Origin: Octopus sinensis
Lineage: Eukaryota
Reading direction: 5' to 3'
Length of the DNA: 64,000 nucleotides
Assembly: GCF_006345805.1 (NCBI RefSeq)
Contig: NC_042998.1
Location: 87,730,001 to 87,794,000 of the forward strand
Shown here: positions 1 to 14,483 of the stretch, piece by piece
How the letters are laid out: each line of letters begins with the position of its first letter
How positions within the stretch are numbered: the stretch's first letter is position 1
Position numbers and translations under genes: made by a program
Notes under the pieces: model-generated
Databases searched by the model: none
Told to the model about the DNA's origin: nothing
The model's input: the letters and a program-made list of their open reading frames with translations, nothing else

Positions 1-138
1 CGCTTATGAGGTGGTTGGCGAGCAATTTGAACTGGCCTTGTACATACGTGCATATATATGTATGTATGGACGTTCGTATATGTAAGTATAACGTGTGTTC
101 TGTATATAATATTTGTATTTATGTACCCATCTGATATA

Positions 139-195
139 TTCAACTGACGAAGGCAGAGCTTATTTGAAGCAAAGCTAGAAATCCAGGATCTTGAA
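139..195 (+). ncRNA. Type I hammerhead ribozyme motif, probably a Penelope-terminus remnant
   Basis: Stem I TTCAA(139-143)/TTGAA(191-195) is 5 perfect bp. Core CTGACGA at 144-150; imperfect stem II; GAAA at 178-181; stem III ATCC-A-GGAT; triplet ATC with predicted cut after 190. Confidence 0.65.
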
Positions 196-333
196 CTATT
201 CAGTAATATCTTTTTGCTAGTTTATTTTGTCTCTCTGTCTTATCTCATTCATGGTGCGATATGAACATTTAAGGTGGTTTTTAGAGTCAGGGATTTGACT
301 GCTATTTCGGCATGGTGGTGTCTCTCAGATACC

Positions 334-335
<2 letters not shown>

Positions 336-386
<51 letters not shown>
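336..386. repeat. (TA)n microsatellite
   Basis: Direct reading. Confidence 0.95.
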
Positions 387-388
<2 letters not shown>

Positions 389-1091
389 AAATAGCAACAA
401 GGATATCCAGAGGTAATGCATTACGATCGTTTCACGCAACTCCCTTTATTTGAACAATGCAACCATTACATCAATTTGAATGCAGAGCAATCCTAAGCTG
501 CACAAAGACATAGAGTTTAATTAAATTAAAACAGATGGACACATTAGTATAATTTTACTAAAATCTCAAAGAAGTTAAAGAGATAGACAAAGAACATACC
601 TAGGACGTAAAAACGCTAAGTATTTTGTCCGGCGTGCTTAACGATTTTGCCAGCTCACCGCTTTTGTACATGTTATAATTAATAATTGCAGTGAAATTGA
701 ACCTGAAACATCGTAATTTCGAAGCGAATCTCATAACAACTCAGCCACATCTGCTACTGTAATGAGTGTGTCAATAAATGACGCTTGATCTTTACATTTC
801 GTTTGTTGTTAAAAGAAAACAAGTCACATAGCACTCAAACAAAAGTCAAACATTTCTTTCCTAAATCTGACTTTGAGATTTCACATCTTTTTTAATTGAT
901 CCCACAAGAATAATTAATAATGACTTTCTTACAAAGAAATAGGTCTCATTTTTCAAATCAGGTGTGTACAAGTGTATTATATATATATATATATATATAT
1001 ATGACAAATAATTAAGATTCAGTTGAATTAGGTACTCAAACTGAGGGATCAAGCCAATTCGGTATAGCACGCGCAGCTCGAAGTTAGGTGA

Positions 1092-1155
<64 letters not shown>

Positions 1156-1374
1156 ATGTATGTATGTGTGTGTATGTATATGTATCTACGTATGTATGGA
1201 TAGACACACACCCACATACTATGTATATATATATATATATGTATACATACACATACGATCATTAGTTTAAGACTAGTGATTGCTCCATTATGTTGGACTG
1301 TTGTTTAAAATATTCCTGTTTTAAAACAAAAAATCTCGTTGAAATTATGAACTACCGATATCTTTTATATATTA

Positions 1375-1580
1375 CGAGTTTCAGTCATTTGATTGCCGCC
1401 ATGCAGGGGCACCGGCTTGAAGGGTTCTTTGTCGAACAAATCGACTCCAGACCTTTTTAAAACCTAGTACTTATTCTATCGATCTTTTTGTCGAAACGCT
1501 ACGTTATGGGGACACTGCTATGCAGTGGGACTGAAACTGGAATCACGTGGCTGAGAAGAAAGCATCTTACCACACAGCCA
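1375..1580 (-). mobile_element. tRNA-derived SINE family A, internally deleted copy
   Basis: Matches the head (cttaccacacagcca) and tail (gtttcagtcatttga) of the full copy at 31345-31737; the middle is missing. Confidence 0.8.
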
Positions 1581-1813
1581 TTTAATTTTGCGAAGATATG
1601 AATATGTAAATTTGGTTTATCATAGAAACCTGAAGCCTTGTATTTATGTAAGAAATATTTTGAAATTAAAATTGTTGGTCTTTTGAAAGTTAATATCTTG
1701 CCTATTTTTTCCCTTGGAAGAAACATGGCCAGGTAATCTAAAAATATTTTTCTGTGTATTGAAGTTAATTATTTAGCAAGTTAATTATTTACTTAGAAGT
1801 AATATGAACTACA

Positions 1814-2013
1814 TTATATCGATTTCAAATTTTGGCACAAGGCTAGCAATTTCAGAGAAGTGGTTTAGTCAATTACATCGACCCCAGTGCTCGATAAAAA
1901 TCGACCTCAAAAAGATGAAAGGTAGAAATGACCTCAGTGGAACTTGAACTCGGACGAACGAAATGCCACTAGGCATTTTGCCCTGTATCAACGATTCTAC
2001 CAGCTTGCCGCCC
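1814..2013 (-). mobile_element. tRNA-derived SINE family B
   Basis: Colinear with copies at 28262-28478 and 57442-57678; carries the tgaactc box and a ccagcttgccgcc head. A second 3' fragment follows at ~2031-2115. Confidence 0.8.
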
Positions 2014-3765
2014 TGACCTATCTAGTAATCTTCCTTTCTACTATAGGCACAAGGCCTGAAATTGTGGTGGAAGGAGCTAGTTGATTACATTGATTACATC
2101 CACCCAGTACTCAAAATTTGAAACCAGTATTAACGGTATATTGCAAATTATATTCTCGATAATGAAAATTACATATACTTTTTGAACGAGAAGCAATCAA
2201 ACGGAAGCAGTCCTGAATATTTTCGAACGGCTACAAATGAATTATTTTTATCTCAGGAACGGCAACTGGCGAGATTATATAGTGAGCGGTTTATGTTACT
2301 ATCACTATACTGAGTCCTTAACAGAGACAAGACATTTAAATTCCAAATATCCATGTGCCTTGTCTGTATGTAAATACCATGGAGTATTGAACTCACTACT
2401 ATTACAAGAGAAAGCAGCGGATAACTGAGAACGGTTATGTTAATATGCAGTGCGTTGCCTTACATGCTCTTGTAATGGTGTTATTTGAAGTAAAATTTCA
2501 ATGGTTCCTAAGTATATGGAACAATAAAGTCATTAAACTGTTCCCTATGACCAACTAGGTTGACACTACTGGATGAGATATAGCTAATTTATTCTCACTC
2601 TTAAGCAGAATTTCTGATATTTGAATACTTGCTTTTCAAATATAGAATCTTCAATACTATCTTTTGTGTTGACGCAATCAATACTATTGTGTTGATACAA
2701 TGTTAATACTGCATCGATACGCAATGCAAAAGGCTGATCTCGATACAAGGACATTATTTCTTTTGTGCTTCCATACTGAAGAAATTCTGCCTACAGCAAA
2801 ATAGAAACCTAGAAACAATCGGATCAACGAAAGGCCAGAAAATATAGGAAAAATTGTATTTATATTCAAAATATATATAGGTATGGATATTACACAAATA
2901 GTTAAGGTATAGTTAGAAATAATAAGAGTGGAAGCTTAAGGAAAACAAGTGTATGTGCATGTATACTGGTGACCTGAGAAGTAAATGGTGTTCAGATAAT
3001 ATTATCTGTTGCTAGATATCATTGCTGTGAATAAACAGTTTATCTCTGTTGAAATGGCTCTTCATCAACAAGAAGTAAGCAAACTAAAACATACAAAGCT
3101 AGATTACGAAATTATCGAACCACAAAAAGAGAAAAACTAATAATAGTATCTATAATATAAGCTATGAGATATTATATCCTGTTGTATGATACATTTCTCA
3201 AGATATCCTTACAAATTCTTTTCATTGGAAAATGCTTTAAATAATTATTGTTAAAATACACGACAGAGACCATGTCTATTATACATTTCTCTAAAAAGAC
3301 CAACGTTATTTGGATTACTTTAGCAGTTAGTAATCAGAATCAGAAGTATTTTCAGAATTTATCTAAAACTGCTGTTGTTTATTGAAATATAAACAATAAT
3401 TACATAACGTAAACTGGTTTTGTAAAAAAGGACAAACCCACATGATATCGAACGGGAAACTAAAAAAAAAAAATATATTTAATGAATATATTTCCTATTT
3501 CCTCTTATTTTTCTCTTTTTCTTTTTCTGCTGAAATAGTGGTATTTTCATCTAATAAAAATACAGACAGTTAAATACTTAATTTAAACATATGAATTATA
3601 CATGATGTACAGATGCTAGTAAATTATACTTTAACACAAAACAGTTATTAATGTAAATATTTCAGAGCACTTGGTGATGTAACTTATATTAATTCATTTA
3701 CGAATACAAAAGAAAAAGAAAAGTAAAAGCCTTTGCCAGAAATGAAAACAAATACTGAATGGCGC

Positions 3766-4010
3766 TTATTAAGGCGACGGATTGAGAGAAATGTAAGAGT
3801 GCTGGGGAAATAGCTTGCATTGTTTGTTCCGGCATTTAGTTTCCGAGTTCAAAACCTGTCGAAATTAATCTTGCTAATCATCTTCCTTGCAAAATGTCAT
3901 GCAGTGTTTGCTTCAGGTTTTTGCGTTCTGAGTTCCAATTCTGTAAGGTTAACTTTTTCCGCCATTTTCCCGGGATCGGTAACATAAAGTACTTGTTGGG
4001 AGCATTAGAT
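3766..4010 (+). mobile_element. Degenerate SINE family B, two head/body fragments
   Basis: aaggcgacgg head followed by two gagttc(a/c)aa boxes. Confidence 0.5.
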
Positions 4011-4585
4011 AAAATGTCTTGTGGTATTTATTTCAGCTGTTTACTTTCTTACAACTTTGGTGAAGTCATTTAACGATGCCAAAATGCGTCGACCCATACC
4101 GTCGGGATGAAGAACAACGACTACGTGGCGTACTGGTCTTCGATGAAGAAAAGAAACCCAGCTTATATCTTCGCTCTGACAGGAACACTTGATGTGTCAT
4201 TAGAGAGTCAATTTTAACTAACAAAAGTTTTAGGTAATGCTTTTTGTATAAATGGCCATATGTCTCTTATATAAAATATACAACAGAATTTCCCATCAGA
4301 TAACGGAAAATTATTTAAGCAAAAATATGATCTGTGTTAAATAAACCAATGAAAGAAGGGGCATTAGTTGTTATTGTTGTTTAGTCCCATGTCAGTCCCG
4401 ATTGAGAGAACCTATGATCGAAAATGCGTCAGTCATTTCTAATACACCTTTCTTGTCAGATTTAGTGTATCCAGAACTACAATGGCTAATATGACATTTT
4501 TAGATACGGTATAATTTGTTTAGAGATGGGAGATTTCGTTGCTTTTTCTAACATATATATGTACACACACACACACACCACACAC

Positions 4586-4621
<36 letters not shown>

Positions 4622-5479
4622 GTCTGTCTGTTAGTCTCTCTCTGTCTGTCTCACCCCCCACACATACACACGCACGTTCTTTTCCATATTTCTCTTCAGT
4701 CAATATCTTCAAATAAAGGATACAACCAAAGCTCATCTTCTGCAATATCTATCACTTTTTAAAATACTCTATCGTTGCCCCCACCACAAGTCTAATGGTT
4801 CAATAATTATATCACACTGGATATTTGATCAGCTGCCACGTCCTACGGTATTCTTTCTCTAATTTCCTACTTACTCTAGCATATACTAATATCGCTTTTC
4901 TGTCATTATTTTATACTTCTCATGAATTTTTCTATAGAGTACTCCATCTTCCCAGTCTTGTCTGTTTGCATACTCAACTTTGTTAGAAGTAGCTCACAGA
5001 ATTCGAGGTATTTCTTTGGTCATGTATGCGATTAATGCTCATATTTTGTGATGCATGTGACGTACTTAAGATTACATTATATTCGCGGCCCTCCCATTCA
5101 AAGACGACAGCGTTTGATTTGAGAGAGAACTATTTGTAGCAGCTTGAGCAATAACTTTAAAACTCTCTAATTGGTTCCCGTGTAATTTCGCTTGTCAACG
5201 AAAATTTGTTCTTTCCTTTTCATGAGACTTTTGTGATCCTGATATTGAAGTTCATCATGTTTTATGATGACTCGGATTATAAATGACTATAGTCAACTGA
5301 TCATATTTAGGGTGAAGATCCTACCAAATTGTAAAAAAAAGAAGAAAACACAGTTACATATTCCTATTAACTGTTTCATGAGAAGCAGTGTCGAATTAAG
5401 TCGTTTGGTAATAAACACAACGAAATACTGAGAGCAGATGCGAACGATATATATATGCGCGCGCGCGTGTGTGTATACG

Positions 5480-5515
<36 letters not shown>

Positions 5516-5843
5516 ATATATAAAGTTAAACCAAACAAGAAAGCACAAAAAAACACAACAACGCGAGGACGTGGAACAAATATAGTATTATTGGACGCTC
5601 AGGAAAGAAGGAAAGAAGGAGGGTTTAACGTTTCGAGCGGAGCTCTTCATCGGAAACATAGGAGAAGGAAAGATCCAGAGAAAGGAAGACAGAGGAAAAA
5701 AATCGCCAACGGTACACACGCGGTCACATTTTGTATATATATATATACATTTAAATAATAAGGGAAGAAATTGATATTAATCAATTAAAACTAGTGGCTT
5801 AGCATATTTAAAAATTCCGAAGATTAAAAATTGTGTTACACAC

Positions 5844-5978
5844 AAAATTAAGAGGAATGACCATTAAAGTGGACACCTAATATAGTAAACATAGACGTCA
5901 AATCTTCATGGTAATGGCGATTTGACGTCTATGTTTAGCATATTAGGTGTCCACTTTAGTGGTAATTTCTCTTAACTT

Positions 5979-5979
<1 letters not shown>
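5844..5979. mobile_element. Palindromic MITE-like element
   Basis: ~60-bp arms (5844-5904 and 5919-5979) are reverse complements with about 5-6 differences; 14-nt spacer; abuts a (TA)n tract. Confidence 0.75.
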
Positions 5980-6017
<38 letters not shown>

Positions 6018-9000
6018 TCTTACATATACATCCTTATATCTGTATGTGTATAAATATATACGTATGCGTATGCGTATATATAGGTTACACACACGTGCGT
6101 GCGAGCAAGTATGCTAAATCTATTCGTGGTCAAGATTCTGAATAAGGAGATGAAATTTAATATTTAATATTTTTCATAATATGCTTTGAAATGAATATAC
6201 TTTGTTCAAGCCGCCGCTGTCAAGATGCATTTTAGCACACTGTACCAGGGTTTTCTCTCTTTTGTAACTTTATATTCCTTCAATTTTGCGCTACATGTTT
6301 CTGCCAAATGCATTAATCTAATTATTTTCGTCCTCTATTAGTGTACAGAGGTTTCCGTACTACAGGGTTTCACATGGGCTAGTGTTCAGCACGAGGGGAA
6401 AGACTAATTGGTAGATATTTGCGACTAACAAAAGTTAATACATTTGTATTATGATCTATGAATGATGAAATATTTCCTAATTTCGCCTTCTATTTGATAT
6501 ATTATATTCTTTTTAGTTGCCTCCAGCATTTAGGCTTGTCTTCTGAAGTTAGAGCTCTAAATATTGCTATACGTAGCAATGAAGTAATATTTAAGAAGAA
6601 TGGATTAGTTTCCTTTTATCTATTGATACTGTCCAGAAAGGTTTCGATTTCATAGATGAAATAGATCTCGTAGCACAATTCTTCAAACTGATAGCACAAG
6701 TCACAGTCTTTGAATTGCACTCCTATTTCTAATTAGCAGCGTCACAAAAACAGGTCAAGCAACATTTGTATGCTGCTAAAGCAATGGGAGATCGAAATAA
6801 GTTTCAAACTAGTGGTAATTCGTCAAGCCAAGGAAAAAAAAAAGGTACTACGGGAACATATTCAAACACCGGCTGTAATTTAGCAGAAGTCATAAAAATT
6901 GAACTACGGAAAATCAGCTTTATGTCATATTTAGTGGCGACACATCCGTTAACCAGTTTTCATTTAATTCTCCTTTCATTCATTGTCCATCAAGATCAAC
7001 ATCCTGTTCCATGTGCACAATATACAGACAAATAAATAAATAGATAAGATAAAAGATGAATAGCTGACGAACAGTGAGAGAAATTGTAGTCATAAAGTAT
7101 AAACATTGTGTGGTTTTAATTTTATCTTACATCATAGTATACATCGAAAAGAAAATTGTATAACTTACATCGTCTGGAGGTTCCTGTATAGGCCTGGAGA
7201 AGAATTAATAAAATACTTAACAGGATTATAATCTTCATGGTTCAAGTCTGGAAAAAGAATAAAATGAAGTAACGTTAAAGATTTCTCAATAGTTACCAAA
7301 CAACAAACAATTGTTTTATTAATAAAATATATAACTCGAATAAGCATTTTATTTCTCACAAGCCATGAATTTGTAAAGGAAAATAATTCGGTTAATTGCC
7401 CCACAACATTTCTGATAATGTAACGGCAAGAAATGCAGGAATATTTAGTTAAGTTTCGTGACGATTCTGTTATTCTGCCGTCGTCTGATGGCTTTAGAAT
7501 GTGTTTGAGTTTGTAGAATATCTTAAACTGAAAGAACACATTTGATTAAATCAACTGCTGTACATCTCCAGTAATATGTTTTACCAAAGTCGATTACGGT
7601 TGGAGAAATTAAATAACAAAAAATAAATATTACAAGTCATTTATTTCATGTAAAGTAACGTAATTATACATGTAATTATACATGACACCCTTTCGTATCA
7701 ATTACTCTGCCGACTGTTGTAGTTATTTCATAATGGCTTTTCCCATTGACAAAAATGCCATAGGTTTTGTATCAGAGTAAAGTCGATTAAAGTGAATCTA
7801 GTTCTTGATGAGAACTTATTCTTTCAAACCAGAAAGCCAATGTTGACCTTAAAAGGATTTAAATTACATTGTAAAGGAGAGTGATTAAATAACGCAAATT
7901 ATTTTGTCTGACGCTCCGAGTCAAGTACTATTACATGACCTTTCTTGTAATCATTGAATGGATAGGGAATCAATTTTTCGATGGAAGACTCATGAATGAG
8001 TATCATTTCATTACTTTTGTTCAATATATTTTGGAAGGATTTTAGACACACCTTTTCAAATTCAAGTGTTGCAGAGTAGAGTATGTGCACTCACACTTAC
8101 AGATATATTCACATACAAACAAATACAAGCGTATAAATAAATTGTAGTGGTTTGCAATGTTAAATTTGAGTCATGGTCGAGATCTATAAAAATTTGGCTT
8201 TTCATATGATCTGCTTTATTTTTTATTTCAGTCAGATAATTTTTTTTATATTAACAAGCATATTTATATTTTTGTAATATAATCATTATTATATTAAATT
8301 ATGTATTTCACATTATTTATTTAATAGCTTTTTTTATATGATTTGTATCTTATGTCTCTCTATGTGATTTAATCCAACTGCAGGCGCTGTTCGATCAGAC
8401 AACATTCTCTACTTGTTTAGAGGTTTTATATTTACAAAAGAAAATAAATATTTAATTTCATCTTCATTTATGAATACATTGATTTTATGCTTCCTATCAC
8501 ATTCTTTTTATAAAATATTGGCTATTCATCTCTGTATTATGAAAGAAGGACGGATGCACTAACATGAAATATCCATTGCTTTTTCAAAGTTTATTTCTAC
8601 GCAAACGTTTTTAGTATAGTTCCTCTCTTGTAAAAATTTTAGTCAAACCTCAGTTTATTGTTCAGTAAAATTTTCATGCAGATACTGGGTTGGCATCGGC
8701 TGAACCAATATCACCTATCTGTAAGGGTCCTGCACAAGTCAGAAGTACAGTCTCTTCCATCACTAACTTGATAAAAAAAACATGAACATAAATTCTAATA
8801 GCCAAATAACTTTTAACATCTTTTTTTTTTTTAAATAACTTATCTCAATAATATTCCCAAATAAACGAGGGCTTATTTTCTTGAGAGTTCAGTGAATCGA
8901 GCCGTGTTATAGTCCAAATGCAAAACGAACTGCCTTTATCTTTGATCTGGTCATTCATTTTATAGTCAGACGGTAGAAGAAAACAACGAACATAGAAAAT

Positions 9001-9871
9001 GACATCAAATGAAATTATCGAAAAATGTAATGATATTTGACGATGCTTTTGCATACACGCACACACGCACACACACACACATGCACACACACACACACAC
9101 ACGCGCGCGTGCACACACACACACAAATTAAATATAATAGCACAACAGCGATTATTACGAAAGTAGAACGTGGTATTGGATGTATTGCAAGAATCCTTGT
9201 ATTCAAATATATAAAATGATCGAATCTTCTCCACTTAATAAAATGAAGATACAGAAAACTAAATATATGCACGGCAATGTAAATACACAAGCAAATAGAA
9301 TACAAGTATTTTAAAGGAATAATAAAATCCAGGCTTTGATGAAGATTTTAAGAGCAAAATGCTAGAAAATAATTGGTTGTTCTTAACTGAAAATATTTTC
9401 CTTCGGGTTCATTTAATATTTTCTGAAGTGTTTATGAATATTGCTCAAAAATAAGAGAAAAAGGAAAGATAGAAAGAATGAAAGAGGATACTTCTATAGT
9501 TACAGTGGGTGATAGAAGACTTAATGATTGATGAAGTGTTTTCTATACAACATTGTCATTTTATGAGTATGCAACAATGTGATGAATGATTTGTCATTAT
9601 TTGTGTGAAAGAGAAAAATATTTTCTAATTTTATAGCACATAATTGTATTTAGCTGAGCCAATTAGTGGCAAATCGATCATATAATAAGGAAACGGGTCG
9701 TTCTACTATTAGTTCAGTAACATTCATGGAGAACAGCCAATGAAATTGGTTCCTGGTTTAGTAAATTTACACAAGGAATAAGAGCGTATTTATCAAACAC
9801 TTTTCTTTTGAGTAGTAACCGTCCGTTCTTGTTTGTTTCATATATTTTTCTAATTAATACAATGAGAAAAG

Positions 9872-10076
9872 CTGAGGCGGCAGATTGGTAGACTCGTAAG
9901 AGTGTCAGACAAAATGCGTTGTTATATTTAGTTACGTCTCTTTAAGTTCCGAATTCAAACACCATTGACTTCAACTCTGATTTATACTCTCCCGAGATAG
10001 ATTTTTAAAAAGTAACAGCCAAACACTGAAATTTATATAATCGACTAAACTCATCCTCTAAATTTGAGGTCTTGTA

Positions 10077-10078
<2 letters not shown>
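9872..10078 (+). mobile_element. Degenerate SINE family B
   Basis: gaggcggcagattggtagac head, gaattcaaa box and a tail resembling other family B copies. Confidence 0.6.
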
Positions 10079-10113
<35 letters not shown>

Positions 10114-13100
10114 TGTGAGAAAAATGGCTATGCATTGTTTCATACATTTCTGAATGACAGCAAAGTAGCCAAGTTTTGACTTACGCTCGTTCATCTGAAA
10201 CAATATCTTTAAAACTTACAGCTCGAAAATTATTTAAGTTGTTAATATCGACATATCAGTTGTAATAATGATTTCTAAATTTGACATAGGACTACGCATT
10301 CTTTTAATCAACCCTTATCGGTCACAGAACCCAACTTTTTTAAAGGAAGTTCAAAATGATGAGATATTAAAAAGTCGATCACGATGGGTTTTGAATTCAT
10401 AACGAAAAGAAGCGTTATCAAACATCGCATGGCCTTTTATTCAGTTCTCTATTGTATCTGGCACACATCAGCAAATTAATAATAATAATGTGAAACGTAA
10501 AAAGCTATCCGATAACTATTAACAGAATAATAAAAAGAAAAAGAAAGCAAAGAAAAGAATTTTATGTTGGAACCACATATTTAGACATTTTTGAAAAGAA
10601 ATGTCTAAATATGCGATTCCAGCACAGAGTTCTGTTGAAATAATTTTATTCTGTTTAAGTAATTTTTAAAACGAATCCACTTAATGGACAATTATAGTTA
10701 ATGTTTTTTAAAGGCTATTTTTACTATTTGAATGTACAGGAGGTAATCATTTATTTTTGCAATTCCTGTTATATTAACACAGTGTTGGTAACAGAGACAA
10801 GTCTTTGGTTACTTTTGCAGAAATAAAGAGCTAATATAATTTTAAAAATATTCGTAGCACCTCGTCAATAAATAATTGTGATTAATTGGTGAGTTAGAAA
10901 AAGCCCATAGGCATTGTTCTTATAGGCTTGCAAGTTGATAAATTTCTCTGACATTTTTCTAATCATTATCATCAAAAAATCTTATTTTATTCAATTATAG
11001 AACAAAAATATATATAACTAAAACAATACAGTGAATTTTGATTTGTACTTTAAGAAGAAAGCTGAATTTGATATGTGCTTCAAAAATCAATGTTATGACA
11101 AATTACGATAACTTAATAATAACTATTTTAATTAAAAAGGAAAGAGCTTACATTTCACATGATTCATAATGTTATTGTGCTTAGCTATTTCATAAGAAAA
11201 AAGTAGTCAATTATATAATTACATAAATAACATAAGTAATAGATTATACTGTACATATATGCAAGTTTACACCACCAGGATTTACTGCACTGTAATAACA
11301 TATTGGAATTTAGCGACATGTTATCATTTGAACTCACAAATACCGTGGATATGTTTCTACTCTTTATTCACCGATTTACTATAGAGATGAATATTCTCTG
11401 CTTAAGAAACAAAAAAGACATAAAATAATCGTAATGTTATAAATAGACACTTAAAAAAATTATTTAGCAGTTAAACCTACATCAAATTGTATATGATTAC
11501 TCTAGGAAATAAATTTATGTTAGTTTATCAGGTTACTCTTATAAATAAGATTGGTTGTATTGAACATAATTTTGTTTTACTAAGCTCTTCACATTTCTAA
11601 TAAATAAAGCCCAAAGAAGGAGGCACACAATAAATCAAAAATACATACACACTCTCAAACTCAAACACGTACTGAAGCATACGCATATATTCGGCTAACG
11701 GCTTGCCGAAATTTATGCCTAAACAGATATACCCGATTTCATAATGCAGGTATAGTTAATTTTCAATATCTCTTTTACAAATTTAAATAAACTATAATTT
11801 AATTATTTATGAGAGGAAAGCTCATGAAATTATTATAAATAATAAAGTAAAACATTCATTAAGGTTTGGCCAGGTAAATAAACGGAACGGAAAGCGTGTT
11901 GTCGATCGACTCTCCTTCAATATATTTTATAATTTATACAAATGGTAATTAATTACCCCCGAAGAGATGAAAGCTAATCTCATCGAGATTGGAGCTGAAA
12001 TCGAAACTAAATATTATTCAGATTCAAGCTAACTAATGCTTGAACTATATCCTCCTCCTCCTCTTCATCATCATCATCATCCATGCCACCACCGCTGTTA
12101 CCGCCACCGCCGCCACCACCACAAGAACATGAAGGGTCGGGGCAAATACAGTAAAGCTTCCAGTCCTGTGTTTTTACCAGCATACGGATATGGACTGATA
12201 CACTTTACTCGTCCACGAAAGTATAAAAGGTGAAGTTGCTCACAGCGGAATTTGAACTCAGAGTGCAGAGAGTCGGAACAAATGTAGTAAGGCAATTCCC
12301 CGTGTTATACCGGAGCGGCAGGTTATGTCTCCTAGACAAGAGCAATAATGGCTCTATTGACTGCTTCTACACAGTTTTTGTCTTCCAAATTTAAGTCTAA
12401 TGATTTTCGTTGATCGAAACATTTATTAGCCCAAAGGTCGCACCATAGGATTAAACAAGAAACCAAGTAGTTGTAAAGCCAAATATTAAGCGCTCGACTA
12501 AAGTCAGTTTTGATTTTCCCCGTTCCTGAAATCGATAAACATAATCGCTAGCCAAGAACTAAGATGGATTTAAACGTGTAGCCTTGTCCCAACTTTAGAT
12601 ATCAACATCATAACCTCTTATGAAGTTTTGCATTGGATAGCAAAAGAGCTAATATTTATTTCTAAGCCGTACAGTAAATATTTAACATCTCCCAGCATCG
12701 TTTATTAAACATAAATAGGACGATGAAAGTCTACGATGGAATTTTCTTGGAAAATGTGCGTCCACGTTCAATGTAAATATTGCCCTAAAAATGATTTGCA
12801 ATTTATATGATTAATTTCTTTTTATAGTTTTATCTATTAATTGCCATTTTTCTCTCGGGAAATTTAAAGTTCTTCGGGGAAAGAAAAACATCCAAATGAT
12901 ATACATACATATATTTTTTTTATTAGATATTAAGATTGCCATGAAAATGAAACTCACTGACAGAGATTTCTATCTTGATTAGTATTCAGTTGTTGTCCAT
13001 ATTTATGTATAATTAAAATATAATTCATAAATAATTAAGTCATGAGCACGGTGGTTTGTTGTCTCTTAAACCGATAATTTTCATGATGATAGAGAGTTGT

Positions 13101-13146
13101 AGATCTCAGATACCACATTCTCCTTTTTGTCTTTTAAAATATAGAA

Positions 13147-13224
13147 CAGTGATTCCCAACCCTTTTATTTAAATGAGTTTCGCACAGACCCCTTTTAATA
13201 TGGTTATCCTTATGTGTATATATA

Positions 13225-13312
<88 letters not shown>

Positions 13313-13597
13313 ATATATATAGATATATATATATATATAGATATATATATATATAAAGTAAAAAGTAAAAGAGTTAAAAGGAAGAGTAAGTACGGTTAGG
13401 CAGCTTTTTAATCACTACAAATGTTTCGATACATACAGATCCTCGTATTTACAGCATTTAAAGTTTAGTTTAAATTCAATAATGTAACGATTTACCTGTA
13501 TAAGAAGATCTATATGTATTTCCGGCTATTTGGGAATTCTAAGGGTGAACAAGCTCTATTTGTACTCTTATACGTTCTTATCAGAACACACCTCAAC

Positions 13598-13668
<71 letters not shown>

Positions 13669-14483
13669 GTATGTATGTGTGTGTGTGTGTGTGCAAAAAA
13701 GGTCAAGATAGAAAATGCTAAAATAATTTTATAAAAAACATTTCAGTACCGGTTTCAGTCATTGAGACTTTTTCAACTGTAAGTATGGAAAACAATTAAA
13801 GTTTGGAAAAATTAAAAGAAAAGGTTTTTTTAAAGAATATATGCATAGTGTTCAAATACAAGTGGCATTTTCCTTGTTTCTGCCTGTCTCTCTTGTTTAC
13901 TCTTGTGGGTTCGACGTTGTTGCGAATTCTTGGTAGGGAAGAGGAAGAAGAAGAAGAAGAAGAAGAAGAAGAAGAAGAAGAAGAAGAAGGGGAGGAGACG
14001 GAAGATGAGGAGGAGAAGAAGAAGAAGAAGAAGAAGAAGAAGAAGAAGAAAAAGAAGAAGAAGAAGAAGAAGAAGAAGAAAAAGAAGAAGAATGTGGGAG
14101 TGCCACGACAATAGTATGTTAAATGGTCAACTGCCCACTGTGGATGGTAGTAGAATGGTCAAGTGACCCACCGTGGATGGTAGTAGTAATTGTTGAATTC
14201 CTGAAACATCTCTTTTGAGTGATTTGTTTATAAAATTTGTGTAGATGTTATTCTAAACAGCAATAGTGGTAAAGTTAGGAAGGAGGCGGAAGAAAGAGAA
14301 GGGAGAATAAGAAGGAATGTAGGTAGTATGAAAGTAGTGTGTTAAATAGTCAAGTGACTTAAAATTGGCTCGTTATGGATTATAGCAGTGATTGGGACTG
14401 AAATTTTGAATTTAGTTCACAGATCTCCAGTATTACCTTTGCGGACCACCAGGGATCCGCAGATCTCAAATTGGGGACCACCG
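13147..14483. mobile_element. Non-autonomous hAT (Charlie-like) DNA transposon
   Basis: Left end CAGTGATTCCCAA; right end reverse complement CGGTGGTCCCCAA; identical 8-bp flanks ATATAGAA at 13139-13146 and 14484-14491. An 8-bp TSD of the nTnTAGAn type is typical of hAT-Charlie. Confidence 0.85.
13938..14091. repeat. (GAA)n microsatellite inside the hAT element
   Basis: Direct reading; source of the poly-E/K/R/S/L ORFs in the track. Confidence 0.95.

Noticed and set aside
3016-3074. Possible small exon (AG...GTAAGC) encoding IIAVNKQFISVEMALHQQE, with another candidate at 3666-3722
   Set aside because: I recognise no homology, the phases of the two candidates do not join, and such signals arise by chance in AT-rich DNA. 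RNA-seq would be needed.
6766-7539. Non-repetitive ORFs of 89 aa (+) and 124 aa (-)
   Set aside because: No recognisable domain, composition mirrors AT-rich non-coding DNA, and the lengths are within chance expectation.
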